Source of the DNA: Octopus sinensis | Lineage: Eukaryota | Assembly (NCBI RefSeq): GCF_006345805.1 | Contig: NC_043010.1 | Coordinates: 46,190,001-46,254,000, forward strand | Length of the DNA: 64,000 nucleotides | Reading direction: 5' to 3' | Shown here: one piece after another, positions 1-11,396 of the stretch | Layout of the letters: each line of letters starts with the position of its first letter | Numbering within the stretch: the first letter of the stretch is position 1 | Position numbers and translations under genes: made by a program | Notes under the pieces: generated by a model | The model's database searches: none | The model's input: the letters and a program-made list of their open reading frames with translations, nothing else | Told to the model about the DNA's origin: nothing

Positions 1-30
1 AGACACGGCAGAAATAAATAGATACCCTTA

Positions 31-398
31 TAATCTTGCTATAATGTGCATTATGTTCGTCTATCTGTCTAATCCCTCTTCATGGTCAAATGGCTGAACC
101 AATGGTCTTGATGTTTTTCAGGATAACAAAGGAGGTAATCAGGAAGGTTTTTAGTGAAAAAATGTGAAAAAGTATGATTCTTTAGTGGATATTGAGTGTA
201 GTTGTTCAGTTTACAGGCGTAAAAAAAAAAAAATTTAATTAAGGGGGAGATAACTAATAAAAGAAGCAAAGTTAAGTAAGTCTACTTCTTACTATAATGG
301 GCAATATATCTGTCTGTCTGTCTGTTCCTTTTCATGGTCAAATGGCTGGACCAATGGTAACAATGTTTTTCTGGATTACGAAGGAGGTAATCAAGAAA
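31..398 (+). mobile_element. Two tandem diverged Helitron-like 5' heads (~31-150 and ~281-398)
   Basis: Both share catggtcaaatggctg(a/g)accaatggt...ggaggtaatca. The second starts with TC and has a (TGTC)n tract, as in Lep1-like non-autonomous Helitrons. No 3' end was seen. Confidence 0.4.
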
Positions 399-663
399 AA
401 AGTCCTGGGGAGAATTGTTTGACTAAAACCCTTCAAGGTGGTGCTCTAGCATGACCGCAGTCAGCTGACTGAAACAAGTAAAAAAATAATAAAGAACTGG
501 AGTTTATAAAATTGATTATACTCCTTTGTGAATTTGAGACAGTTGTTAGTGTCTTAGACAAAATACCTTGCAGTATTGACCCTTTGCATTCAGAATTCAA
601 ATCCCACTGGGGTCACCTTTGCCTTTCATTCTACTGGAGTTAATAAAATAAAGTATGGTAGGC

Positions 664-892
664 TTAACCCTTTAGCATTCAGATTAATTTGTCAAATAAA
701 ATGCTTCTTTATTCACATTGTTTTGAATTAATTCATACATTATCTCCTAGCTTTGAGATTTTGGTGGTGTGATTGCTTATTTTTAGAATGACATTGTAGG
801 GTTAGCACACGAGGCTGGAACAGACAGTTTTTAATAGAAAACAAGTAGAATATTTGGGCCAGATATGACCAGTTTGAATGCTAAATGGTTAA
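664..892 (+). mobile_element. TTAA-flanked MITE family A (piggyBac-like termini)
   Basis: Ends are TTAA-CCCTTTAGCATT ... AATGCTAAATGG-TTAA, ~225 bp. The same internal sequence recurs at about 10 loci in the window. Confidence 0.75.
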
Positions 893-1138
893 TCCATTTG
901 AACACCAGCACCTGGCCTTTAGATACCTCTAGCAGAGTTCACTCCACTACAGGTATGTGGATCAGGTATGTGGTTTAAGGATAAGGGTCTCCTTTCTTCT
1001 CACTTGCCATAGAGGCCCTAAATAGGGAACATGGGCATTGGCCTTCCTTCCCTGACTTAGTGATTTAAATAAGACAAAACTTTGTGTGTGTATGCATGTG
1101 TGTGTATATGTGTGTGTGTGTGCGTATTTGTATATTTA

Positions 1139-1515
1139 TCTATTATATAAAATCTGTTCTGTCTGTTTGTTTATGTGTCTTCTAGGATCTCGGGCATCCT
1201 CCATCCGATTGTGCTCAAATTTGATATGTAGATACCAACGGTATCAGGGCGTGTATAAGTCTTGAAAAAGTTACAAAAATCGATTCCAGGTGAGAATGCG
1301 ATCGATAAAGCCATGGGAAATCGTTTTTCTTTGGAATAGAAAAAAAGTCTATCTTTATTTCTTCTTTTGCTGGTGTCTCAAATTTAGGTTAAATCAGTGT
1401 TTCTCAAAGGGGAGGCCTATGGGAAGGTCGGGCAAGTTGTTTTGAGAAAATCTGGTTTAAATGTTTGACAACTAAGCACCGTCCATTGGACGGTGGGGGG
1501 GGGGGGCGTTTTGCT

Positions 1516-1517
<2 letters not shown>
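1139..1517 (+). mobile_element. Non-autonomous Helitron, family H1
   Basis: 5' TC follows an A and the 3' end CTTG precedes a T. There is a subterminal hairpin CACCGTCCA-T-TGGACGGTG. Homologous copies lie at 2325-2492 and 10236-10601. Confidence 0.7.
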
Positions 1518-1544
<27 letters not shown>

Positions 1545-1546
<2 letters not shown>

Positions 1547-1837
1547 AAAGTCAAGATAGAAAATGCTAAAATAATTTTATAAAAAACTTTTCAGTACCGG
1601 TTTCAGTCATTGAGTCTTTTTCAACTGTAAGTATGGAAAACAATTAAACTTTGGAAAAATTAAAAGAAAAGTTTTTTAAAAAAATATTTGCATAGTATTC
1701 TTTTAAAAAACTTTTCTTTTAATTTTTCCAAAATTTAATTGTTTTCCATACTTACCGTTGAAAAAGTCTCAATGACTGAAACCGGTACTGAAATGTTTTT
1801 TATAAAATTATTTTAGCATTTTCTACCTTGACTTTTT
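1545..1837. mobile_element. Fold-back element between (TA)n tracts, probably Penelope-derived
   Basis: Inverted arms ~1545-1681 and ~1701-1837 have about 7 differences and a ~19-nt spacer. Each arm carries a hammerhead-like motif. Confidence 0.7.
1755..1790 (+). ncRNA. Minimal type I hammerhead ribozyme motif, U3-A8 variant
   Basis: CCG-TTGAAAA-AGTC(TCAAT)GACT-GAAA-CCG-GTA-CTG. The mirror copy on the minus strand is at 1593-1627. Confidence 0.55.
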
Positions 1838-1869
1838 TCCATATATATCAACTCGTGTGTTCCTTTTCA

Positions 1870-1923
<54 letters not shown>

Positions 1924-2324
1924 TATATACAGTTTAGAAAGTATGATGGTAACTCTGTGTGAAATGGTAAGCTTATTGTTCTAATTAACTCTAAGCTGCC
2001 ACAATTCTACTTTCATTGTTTACAGGAAGTTGCTTTCATCGTTTACAGAAGTTGCAGAAATGAAAAATAAAAAGATGCTATTATGGCATTAAGTATAATT
2101 AAATAGAGTAGAATTAAGGTTGATGTATTATTGACATTTCCTATCAACAAATTTTCTAGCATCTCTGCACTTTCAAATTCCTCTGGAATAAAAATAAATC
2201 TCTTTCATGAAAAACCAGTAAGGATTAGTGACTAGAAGAGCATCCGGACATAAAACTCCTGTCTCAATTACCTGCTGTCCTAGTCAAGCTAAACAGCTGA
2301 TGTACTTGCGCATACAAATGCACG

Positions 2325-2492
2325 TTTCCACGGCTTTATCGATCGCATTCTCACCTGGAATCGATTTTTGTAATTTTTTCAAGACTTATACACGCCCTGA
2401 TACCGTCGGTATCTACATATCAAATTTGAGTGCAATCAGATGGAGGATGCCTGAGATCCTAGAAGACAGACAGACAGAACGGATTTTATTAT
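2325..2492 (-). mobile_element. Partial Helitron H1 copy, inverted relative to 1139-1517
   Basis: Near-identical reverse complement of ~1145-1320. Confidence 0.8.
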
Positions 2493-2700
2493 ATATATAT
2501 ATATATAATATATATATATATAAATAATATATATATACATACATATATATATATATGTATATGTATGTATGATTATACATACATATATATATATACATCT
2601 ACCTTCGTCTTTTGTTCTTTTGTAAATTCTCACTAAAAATACATATACATGTGTATGTATGTATATATATATATATATATACATATATATACATATATAA
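2489..2700. repeat. Compound (TA)n/(TACA)n microsatellite
   Basis: Direct inspection. It explains the YI-rich ORFs. Other (TA)n tracts lie at ~1877-1930, 31150-31290, 36740-36782, 36973-37011 and 53592-53673. Confidence 0.95.
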
Positions 2701-3879
2701 ATGAGCTGACCGATGCTATCCATATTGAATGAATATTGCACAGATAAAAAAGCACAAAGCAAAACAAAAATATGTTTAAATGATTTCTTCATGAAATACC
2801 CAAATATTTGGGTTTCGTTCACCCCTCTGTTCTTTGGCCTGTGGTTTCCCCTTAGTGCTTCCCAGTAACCTAGAAATGCAGTGAGGTCATAAAATATGTG
2901 CAACAAGCCTTTCCTCAAAGTTTTATAGTTAGTTTTATAGTTCTTCTTCTCTTTTTTGTTCATTTCAGAGATATAAAGAGTAACATTGAAGTCTCTTATA
3001 AACAGCAGGCAACTTTTTACCTTAAATCAATTCCAAGTGGCTAGCTATAAACTTCAGTATTGATAAAAAAAAAATAATAGTAATAATAAATGAAAAGAAA
3101 TGAAAGCAGTTTATTGATTGTAGAGAAAAATCAGTAAAAGTTATTTAAATGTAATAGATCTAGAGATACAAACATCAGGTCGTGGTGTGTGTGTGGGGGA
3201 ATCCCCCCCCCCAGTTTTAACAGTAAAAGAATTGATAAACTTTTACTTTCAATGCTTTTTAAAGAAAAGTAAAAGTTTTGAAAATTCTTGCATTTTTTTT
3301 CCCCAAAATTCTAATTAATGAAAGTATCTTCAAAAAATATAAATTATACAATTTAAAACAGGGAATTTTTTTTTTATAAAGCATACAAAAATGAATGTTT
3401 CCTACCCCAAAGCACTTCTATAGTATTTTTCAATCTTAATCCTATAGCCATGATTGTACTGCATTGATCTAAATAGTTTTCATTAGAACATACCATCTGG
3501 TCTGTCAGTTTATTTAGGTCAGCTAAAACTCACTAGCTAAATGTAAAATTATCTTGTTTAAGCACACACACACAGATGCACACACATATATGGGTATATG
3601 CTTCTCCAATTTAACTTAAATTCAAAATACAAAGCAAACATATTTTATTAAGTTGAGTTAATGTTTCAGGAGTTAAGAGCCAAAACTATACAAAACCAAC
3701 CATGTTTGTTGTTCAGGAACTTGAATCTTACACCAGCTATTGTTATGCTCCTCAGCAGGACTCACAGTGTTTGCTTCTTCTTTTGTGCATGTGCACACAT
3801 GCATGAATATGCAAACACACTCCCTCTCTCTCATATTATTTAGCTTTTAAAGTCCTATAATGCATAACTGCCGCTGTTA

Positions 3880-5578
3880 CTGAGTTATCCACAACATGTA
3901 ACAGAAATTCAAATGGTGTTGTTTGGGGCCCAGAACACCAATGAAACATCCTCTTTTCTGAGGAGGTAAGTTTAATCCCAGAAAAATCTTCCTCCAAGTT
4001 TTTCAAGTGGCTCAGTGTATTGTTTGCTATTCACAGTACAGCCATGTTCCAAAACATCAAGGGAGAGGATGTTCTTGTTACCTCCCAAAACGGTTACCAT
4101 GACTTTATTTGAGCTGCTGACTCTTGAACTTCTTAGGTCTTGGAGAAGAGGTATGTCATCATTCTATGGACTGAGCTTTTATTTCCAGGTTGTAATGAAA
4201 TGCCCACATTTCATCTCCTATTACCTCATCAGCGACAAAAAAAATGCCTTCATCATCATCATCATCGTTTAACATACGTTTTCCGCGCTAGCTCAGGTTG
4301 GACGGTTCGACCGGGGTCTGGGAAGCCAGGGGCTGCTCTAGTCTGATCTGGCAGAGTTTCTACGGCTGGATGCCCTTCATAACACCAACCACTCCGCGAG
4401 TGTAGTGGGTGCTTTTTACGTGCCACCTGCACAGGTGCCAGGGGGGGTCCGGCATCGGCCATGTTCAGATGGTGCTTTTTATGTGTCACCGGCACGGAAG
4501 CCAGTCGAGTCGGCGCTGGCTACGGCCACGTTCAGATGGTGCCTTTTATGTGCCACTGGCACAGGTATCACTACTATTTCCATTGATATTTATTAGCTTC
4601 AAATACTTCCAGCAAATCAGAGCAGACTTTCTCTTTTTTCTTTTTCATGTTTGTTAATTTGACCATCTCCCTGGATACTCCAATGATATCCCATGAGCAC
4701 ACCCTCCATTACAGTCCTCCATGCATGTTCTAAATTCATTGACATTTGCCTTTCCACTATCCTGAAGCAAATTGTCCGCATCCGCATTGGTTAGCTGTTT
4801 TTTTCCTCTGTTGATTTTTTCCTTCAATTGGCTGCCACAAGACCATTTGACTTACAGATTCTTCTGGGTGCCTGTTGCAATGAGCTGTAATTCTCTTTCG
4901 AATCAGGTGTCTACTGTCAAGGTGCCCAATTTGGACACATTTTTCAGTGTTCAGAACAACAACAACAGCAGGAACAACAAAACAAGCTTCCTAGCTTATG
5001 TGAAAAATGAGTTTCCAAAATTGTACCCATTTATGTGAGAAATGAGTTCCCAAATATATCCATTTTTCCATGCTTACATGGGTAGGATGGACTTTCTTGA
5101 GGCAGATTCTCTGTGGTCAGATGCATTCTCTGTTGTGATCACCCACCTGCTTCCCAGTAAGGAACAAGTGCATGAAATGTGACACATCTGTCTGTCTGCA
5201 TATAAATCCATCCACTTTATGCTGATTCATGCCAGTGGTTGCATATGATGGTTTCTTACAGTGTGGTTTGTCTTCAGTACTGATTTTCTCAACTTCAAAC
5301 TTCTTCATTCATCTGTTCACATTGTTTTTGTCAATAATGTCATCGCTGTGAAAAAAACCCAAAAAACCTGCAGCTTTCAATAGAACGTCAGACTGCCTGC
5401 ACTCTTCCTTCATCAAGAACTCAATGATAACCTGTTGCTTCCATTTAGAACCCATTATTTGCCTGCAGTGAAGAATAGGAAGAAGAGTTACACTACCAAC
5501 ATGTGAATTTTAAATAACCTATTTCCGTTAATAAAAAAGTTATGCCCGCTTTTAATTACTTTCGATATAACCCTTTAT
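3880..5578 (-). mobile_element. Old fragmented mariner transposase pseudogene
   Basis: Minus-strand fragments: MGSKWKQQVIIEFLMKEE..KKFEVEKISTEDKP (~5445-5180); ..KVCSDLLEVFEA (~4690-4600); VIGDEMWAFHYNLEIKAQSIE**HTSSPRPKKFK / KVMVTVLG..LDVLEHGCTVNSKQYTEPLEKL (~4230-3990). These match mariner GDETW and SPRPKKFK/KVMATVFW motifs. A TIR-like end lies near 5578. Confidence 0.8.
4252..4597 (-). mobile_element. 5'-truncated RTE LINE (3' UTR with (GAT)n tail) inserted in the mariner
   Basis: catcatcatcgtttaac..ctggatgcccttc. At 55981-56560 the same UTR is joined to an RTE ORF C-terminus. Confidence 0.8.
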
Positions 5579-5947
5579 AACTCTTGTATATCTGTAATAA
5601 AACCTTTATATAAGGTTGTAATTTCGTTTTCACAATCTGCCAAGAAGTGTATTTAATGTTTAGATTATCCTATTAACCTTTCCTAGAATTCTTTTCTTAA
5701 ATTCTTTATATTTTGTCTAACTAGTCATAAACCATACAACGTGTCAGAATGAGGAAAATTCTTCATTGAAAGTGAACATCAACAACAAACCAACCATAAC
5801 TGAATCTAGAGGAAATGTAGAAGAAAGCAAAAAAATTTAAAAAACATCTTTGAGTTGATAGTTTTTAAATGGGTACAATTTTGGAAACTCATTTCTTACA
5901 TAAGCTAAGAAGCTTGTTTTGTTGTTCCTGCTGTTGTTGTTGTTGTT
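4955..5947. repeat. Inverted repeat pair with ~79-bp arms (4955-5033, 5866-5947)
   Basis: The arms differ at about 3 positions and are spaced ~830 bp apart. Confidence 0.9.
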
Positions 5948-7011
5948 TCTTTCTTTCTTTTATATTGTTTGGTTTTTAACATTATTTTGTTTTGGTATTC
6001 AGAAACAGAAAAATACAATCATAAGGAGAATAATAGTCAGATGGAAAATATTTTAAGCTATTATACCACTTTCAAAGTAGCTCTGCAAACCTTCAGTGCT
6101 CACCTGATGATGGTGTAATAATATGCAGGCTGTATTTCAGTTACGGGTAGGATGTAAACAAGTAAATGTAAATGTTGTGTGTATGTGTGCTGTGGGAATT
6201 ATTTATATTTTGGTAATGTGATGTTTCAATTAATAACGTTCTATGGTCCTTTCAAGTTTGAAATTTAATCTATCACTGTGATAGTATAGCTCTTATTTAT
6301 TCAAATATGAAAACTAGCTTCTCTAACTGGTTAGTGCATGAGTTAGCATCATGACTTGTTACTGGTGATCTGTTATATAAAGGTTGTAAAAGTTGGCACT
6401 TGCTATTAAGTTATAATAATGTAAATCCAGGTGTCTTCATTAGTGAGTAATAGAATATCCAAAGAGTTTCAAGAATAGCCAATAAAAAAACCTGCAAAAC
6501 ACAAAACACCCGTATATAATTATGAAGTGTGGAAGGACAGAGGAGCAACGTTTTAGACAGTAGTTCTTCACCAAGAGAAAATCAGAGACCAGAAAAGGAA
6601 AAGAATGTTAGGTGAAAATAGTGCTGTTTATAACTAAAATTGTATGGTGAAGGAAAGAACGGAATTGGATAAATTGTTTTATTTTTAAAAGAATGACAGC
6701 TGGGAAATATAGTAAGAAGAATATAGATAGCTTTAAGCACAGGGTTAAAGGCATGTTATGTGTGTATGTGTATGAATGTATGAACAAGTCTTAATAGACT
6801 GTATTTGAGTGTGTGTACAGTATATGTGTGTGTATAGTGACAAGGTTGAAATGCACATGAAGTTTTTATCAGTGTATGGTTGTGTTAAAGAAAGCAGTGG
6901 TATTGATGGAAAGCAATGCAATTATGAATCTGATTTAGATGGGCTGTTTTAAGATGGAAAATTAATTGTTGTTCATGATGCAAGTGATCACAGGAGATCC
7001 AGGATATAGAA

Positions 7012-7085
7012 CAGTGGTTCCCAACCTGTGGTCTGCAGACCCCTGGTGGTCTGCAAAGGTAGTACTGGGGGTCCATGGACTAAAT
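7012..7085 (+). mobile_element. hAT (Charlie/MER5-like) terminal fragment
   Basis: CAGTGGTTCCCAACCTGTGGTCTGCAGACCCCTG is a typical hAT MITE terminus. No partner end was found. Confidence 0.5.
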
Positions 7086-7107
7086 TCAAAATTTCATATA
7101 TATATAT

Positions 7108-7320
7108 ATCATCATCATTGTCATCATCATCATTTAACATCCATCTTCCATGCTAGTATGGGTGGGACAGTACCACAAGAGCCAGCCAAACCAAAGCCGT
7201 GACCAGATTTCTGTGACTGTTTTGACAGGATTTTTACGGCTGGATGCCCTTCCTAACACCAACCACTTTACAGTGTGGATTGGATGCACTGACAGGATCA
7301 CCAAGTACTTGCAAGACATA
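7108..7320 (-). mobile_element. RTE LINE 3' UTR fragment
   Basis: (CAT)n tail plus the ctggatgcccttcctaacaccaaccac motif. Confidence 0.7.
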
Positions 7321-8324
7321 AAAAAAAACAACTTTTAAACAGGGAGTAGGCATTGGAGGTGGTGATGATGAAAGGTTATAGTGAGACAGGACAGATACAT
7401 ACATGAATATACACGTGTATATAAATACACATACATATACACACACACATAAGGATAAGCATATTAAAATGGGTCTTTGATAGTGAAAATGGGAACCACT
7501 AGTATAGAACAATACTGCAGACAAAATACGAGTGAGCATTTCACCGTCTGAAACACCATTTTATACCATCCATTCTCCATTATACATATGTATGCACACA
7601 TTTACACACTTCCCTACACACACACGCACATACATACACACATATCCTTACAAACACATAGACTTCTTTACATGCACATACTCACACATACACTTATAGC
7701 AGGCCCCTTCTCTCCTGTAAACCAGTTCTTAAACCAATCCATGGCCTTCTGGGTTATTTCCCTTTGCTGTCACTGTTTTGAATGTAAAACATTAGTTCAC
7801 TCAATTCACTTCCATTCTTTCAGTCACCTTAGTGCTTTAGCTGTAAATAACACTACTTTTTATGTAACATTTTTTTCCCTTATTTATTTATTTGTTGCAT
7901 TTGATGAAGTACTATTATCAGAAACGTTGCATTCTTCTTTGTTGCATTCCTACACAGTGTAATTACTTACTTTGTGCTCTTCAGTTATGGCTAGCGGCTA
8001 CAGATGAGGCTTCTTATTTACTTGGAGAAATTAAATTTGTTATTTAGAGAATGAAAAGAAATCTTGATCTTCTCACAGCTTTCAAATCATTTAGATTAAC
8101 TGTCAATCTAAACTGATTAAAAAACAATTTATTTGATAAGTGTATTATTTCCAAATATTCTGAAAGTGCTTCATTTGAGATTTGGAAATAAGAAATTGCT
8201 GGAGATCTCCCCATATTTTGCGAATTACTGAGATACAATATTAGTAAGTTGAGCAGCTTACATAGATATTATTAAACTTAAGAGAAGTTACTGTGGATTA
8301 TTGATGATATATAGTTATATCCTC

Positions 8325-8845
8325 CTCATCATCATTATATCCATTTTTCCATGCTTACATGGGTGGGATGGACTTTCTTGAGGCAGATTTTCTGTGGCCA
8401 GATGCCCTCTCCGTTGTGAACACCCACCTGCTTCCCAGTGAGGAAATATTTTCCCTGTGTCCAGACATGTTTTCGCAGGCACCATTCGAGTATGATCGTT
8501 AGAAGCCTCGCCTTACTGGTGCTTTTGCCCGTGCTAGTAGGGTGCCAAGGGTACCATCCGAGCGTGATCGTTACCAGCGTCGCCTTACTGGCACCTGTGC
8601 TGGTGGCATGTGTAAAAAGATTCAAGCAAGGTCATTGCCAGTACCCCCTGACTGGCCCCCATACTGGTGGCATGTAAAAAAGCACTCTTGGAGTGGTTGG
8701 CGTTAAGAAGGGTATCCAGCTGTAGAAACTTTGCCAAATCAAGATTGGAGCTTGGTGCAGCCATCTGGTTCGCCAGCCCTCAGTCAAAATCGTCCAACCC
8801 ATGCTAGCATGGAAAACGGACGTTAAACGATGATAATGATGATTG
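8325..8845. mobile_element. RTE 3' UTR fragments in opposite orientations (~8325-8465 minus, ~8480-8845 plus)
   Basis: The plus copy ends ccatgctagcatggaaaacggacgttaaacgatgat. Confidence 0.7.
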
Positions 8846-9454
8846 GAAATTAATGACACCACTTGTATGACTAATGTTCATTTATAACTATTTACACAAT
8901 GTCAAAACAAAGCGATTCAAACACACACACACATATACATATAATCTTCTAAATAAATGAGTGTGTATGTATGTGGACATGTAATGGAAAGGCTCTGAAA
9001 TGGTGCGTCCTTGACAAAAATAGATTTGGTTTTCAAAACCTGCATCCCCAAAAACAAGGTTTTTGGTTATAATTAATCAAAGGATAGAATTTGCTATGAG
9101 AAATATATCATCAAATCTACCACTCTCTATTTGTCTCTCCCTGTTTCCCATCTCTTTATATATTTACCACATTCTTTTACACTCTCTTCCTCTGTATATG
9201 TGTATCTCTCACACATGCTCTCTCCCTCCCTCTCTTTCTCTTGATATCACATGTAATTGTTGTCATTTTTATTTTTTCTAACTTTATCATATTTTACGTT
9301 CATTTCGTGATAGACAGCTATCATGCAGAAAATGATAGCTTTTAAATTCTGTTTTCTGATTAAATGAAAATTATCATGCCTTAAAACCTCTATAATATTG
9401 TCAGCAAATCATCCTTTTATAAAGACATGCCTTGGTAAATTTCATTTATATATA

Positions 9455-9850
9455 GGCACAGGCATGGTTGTGTGGTAAGAAGCTTGCTTCCCAACCACAT
9501 GGTTCAGGGTTCAATGCCACTGCATGGTGTATTGGGCAAGTGTCTTCTACTATAGCCTCAAGCCAACCATAGCCTTGTGAGTGGATTTGGTAGATTGAGA
9601 CTGAAAGAATCCCATCCTATATATATATGTGTGTGTGTCTTTGTGTCTGTGTTTGTCCCCCCCATCACCACTTGGCAACTGGTGTTGGTGTGTTTACAGC
9701 CCTGTAACTTAACAGTTTGGCAAAAGAGTCCAATATAATGATACTAAGCTTAACAATAAATAAGTACTGGAGTTGATTCATTCAACTAAAAATTCTTTAA
9801 GGCAGTGCCCCAGATTGGCCACAGTCTAATGACTGAAACAAGTAAAAGAT
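9455..9850 (+). mobile_element. tRNA-derived SINE family A, full length
   Basis: A/B-box-like head, central (TA)/(TG) linker and a cagtc-NNNN-gactgaaacaagtaaaaga tail. Further copies: ~13394-13787, 21188-21520, 25520-25780(-), 31915-32480(-), 46275-46560(-), 50365-50740(-), plus partial copies. Confidence 0.85.
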
Positions 9851-10235
9851 AGATGTGTATAGTTGTAAAAATTTAATTCATAACTTTTATTCTTCACCTT
9901 TTAACATTCAGATTTTTCTGTCGAGTGTATTGTTTTGAATTAATCATGCATTATCTTGTAGCTTCAAGATTTTGATGAAGTGATTGTTTATTTTTAGAAT
10001 GACATTGTATGTTGGTGTGAGAGGTTGGATCTGGCCAGTTTAACACACAATAGGTTGAATCTTTGGGCTGGATATGGTTTGCTGACAAAGTCCATCTGTA
10101 ATTAAACACACAATTTGGTTATATCATTTACAAGCTAGCTGGAGGAGCCTGTATGTAATCACACAACCTGCTAAAAATAGTAGCCAATTCTCCCTTAAAT
10201 CAAACTCGAAAGACTGTATAAAAGGAAAAACATAT

Positions 10236-10552
10236 CCCGTCTAATGGCCGGTGCTGAGTTGTCAAACATTTAAATGAAGTTTTCTCAAAACAACTTGTCT
10301 GACCCTCCCATTGGCCTCCTCTTTGAGAAACACTGATTTAACCTAAATTTGAGATACCAGCAAAAGAAGAAATAAAGATAGACTTTTTTTCTATTCCAAA
10401 GAAAAACGATTTCCCACGGCTTTATCGATTGCATTCTCACCTGCAATCGATTTTTGTAATTTTTTCAAGACTTATACATGCCCTGATACCGTTGGTATCT
10501 ACATATCAAATTTGAGCGCAATTGGATGGAGTGTTTCCGAGATCCTAGAAGC

Positions 10553-10583
<31 letters not shown>

Positions 10584-10601
10584 CGGATTTTAAATAAGAG
10601 A
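10236..10601 (-). mobile_element. Helitron H1 copy
   Basis: Reverse complement of 1139-1490. The 5' TC is at 10601-10600 and the 3' end is diverged. Confidence 0.75.
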
Positions 10602-11050
10602 TAATGTGGTCCAAAAGATGGGAGTGTCATGGCTGGAATAGTTTTCATCACAGGTCTAAAAGGTTAAAGGTGTAGATTTTTTTTTTTTTAGCACAGTAAC
10701 TGTTTATAGACATTTACAGTTTTGATTTGAAACTAAAAAAAACAAGCTAAAAATATAAAGAAATGTAGGAAAATCATTGAATTTCTTGTTTTGTTTTTTT
10801 TTCAGTAACAGTTTTATCCAACAATTTCCTTCTAACATTCTCATTGGTTCAATGTTTTGTATATGGAATGCAAAACCTCTTTCTATAGCTATGTATTTTA
10901 AAGGCCATTAACCTTATCTTGCTTAGCACTTAACATATTTGCATGTATATATAGTGCAGTTGTGGTTACTATAGCTGTTAAGAAAAAACAAGGGCAGCCT
11001 TTGACTTTTGGTACCTAAAAGGTTTTTAACCCAATGTTCACATGCTATTA

Positions 11051-11396
11051 CCGTAAATCCTCGAGTATAATCCGCATTTTTTCCTCAAAATTTAAAGGTC
11101 AAAATCCCTTGTGCGTACTATATACGAGGTTAAAAATGAAAATTATTTTCTAAGCAATGTCCGAGTCTCTATTTGCTGTCCGGCAATGTTTATTCAAACA
11201 CATTTTGTGATGTCGGGTGTGAAAATACCTTAAATCATCTATAACTTGCAGTTAGCAACATTTATTAAACATTATTACTGTTATTTCTTTATTTTCTGCA
11301 AACAAAATGCACAAAAAAAAGCTACACGTTTGCATTATGTTATATATACAATAATAATAAAGGACGTTACCTCGGACTATACTCGAGGATTTATGG
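11051..11396. mobile_element. pogo/Tigger-like MITE
   Basis: 19-bp TIRs CC(G/A)TAAATCCTCGAGTATA with 1 mismatch. TA TSDs at 11049-11050 and 11397-11398. Confidence 0.85.

Noticed and set aside
2798-2813. 16-bp palindrome after GAAA ending in GUA, as a hammerhead stem III
   Set aside because: The upstream core (CAGAGGG) and stems I and II deviate too much.
2413-2963. Long ORFs rich in Y/I/C/V, also at 27434-27707 and 61744-62174
   Set aside because: They are translations of (TA)n, (TACA)n and (TG)n microsatellites.
3905-4150. Host coding exons
   Set aside because: The opposite strand is recognisable mariner transposase and the frames are incompatible. Kept only as possible exonisation.
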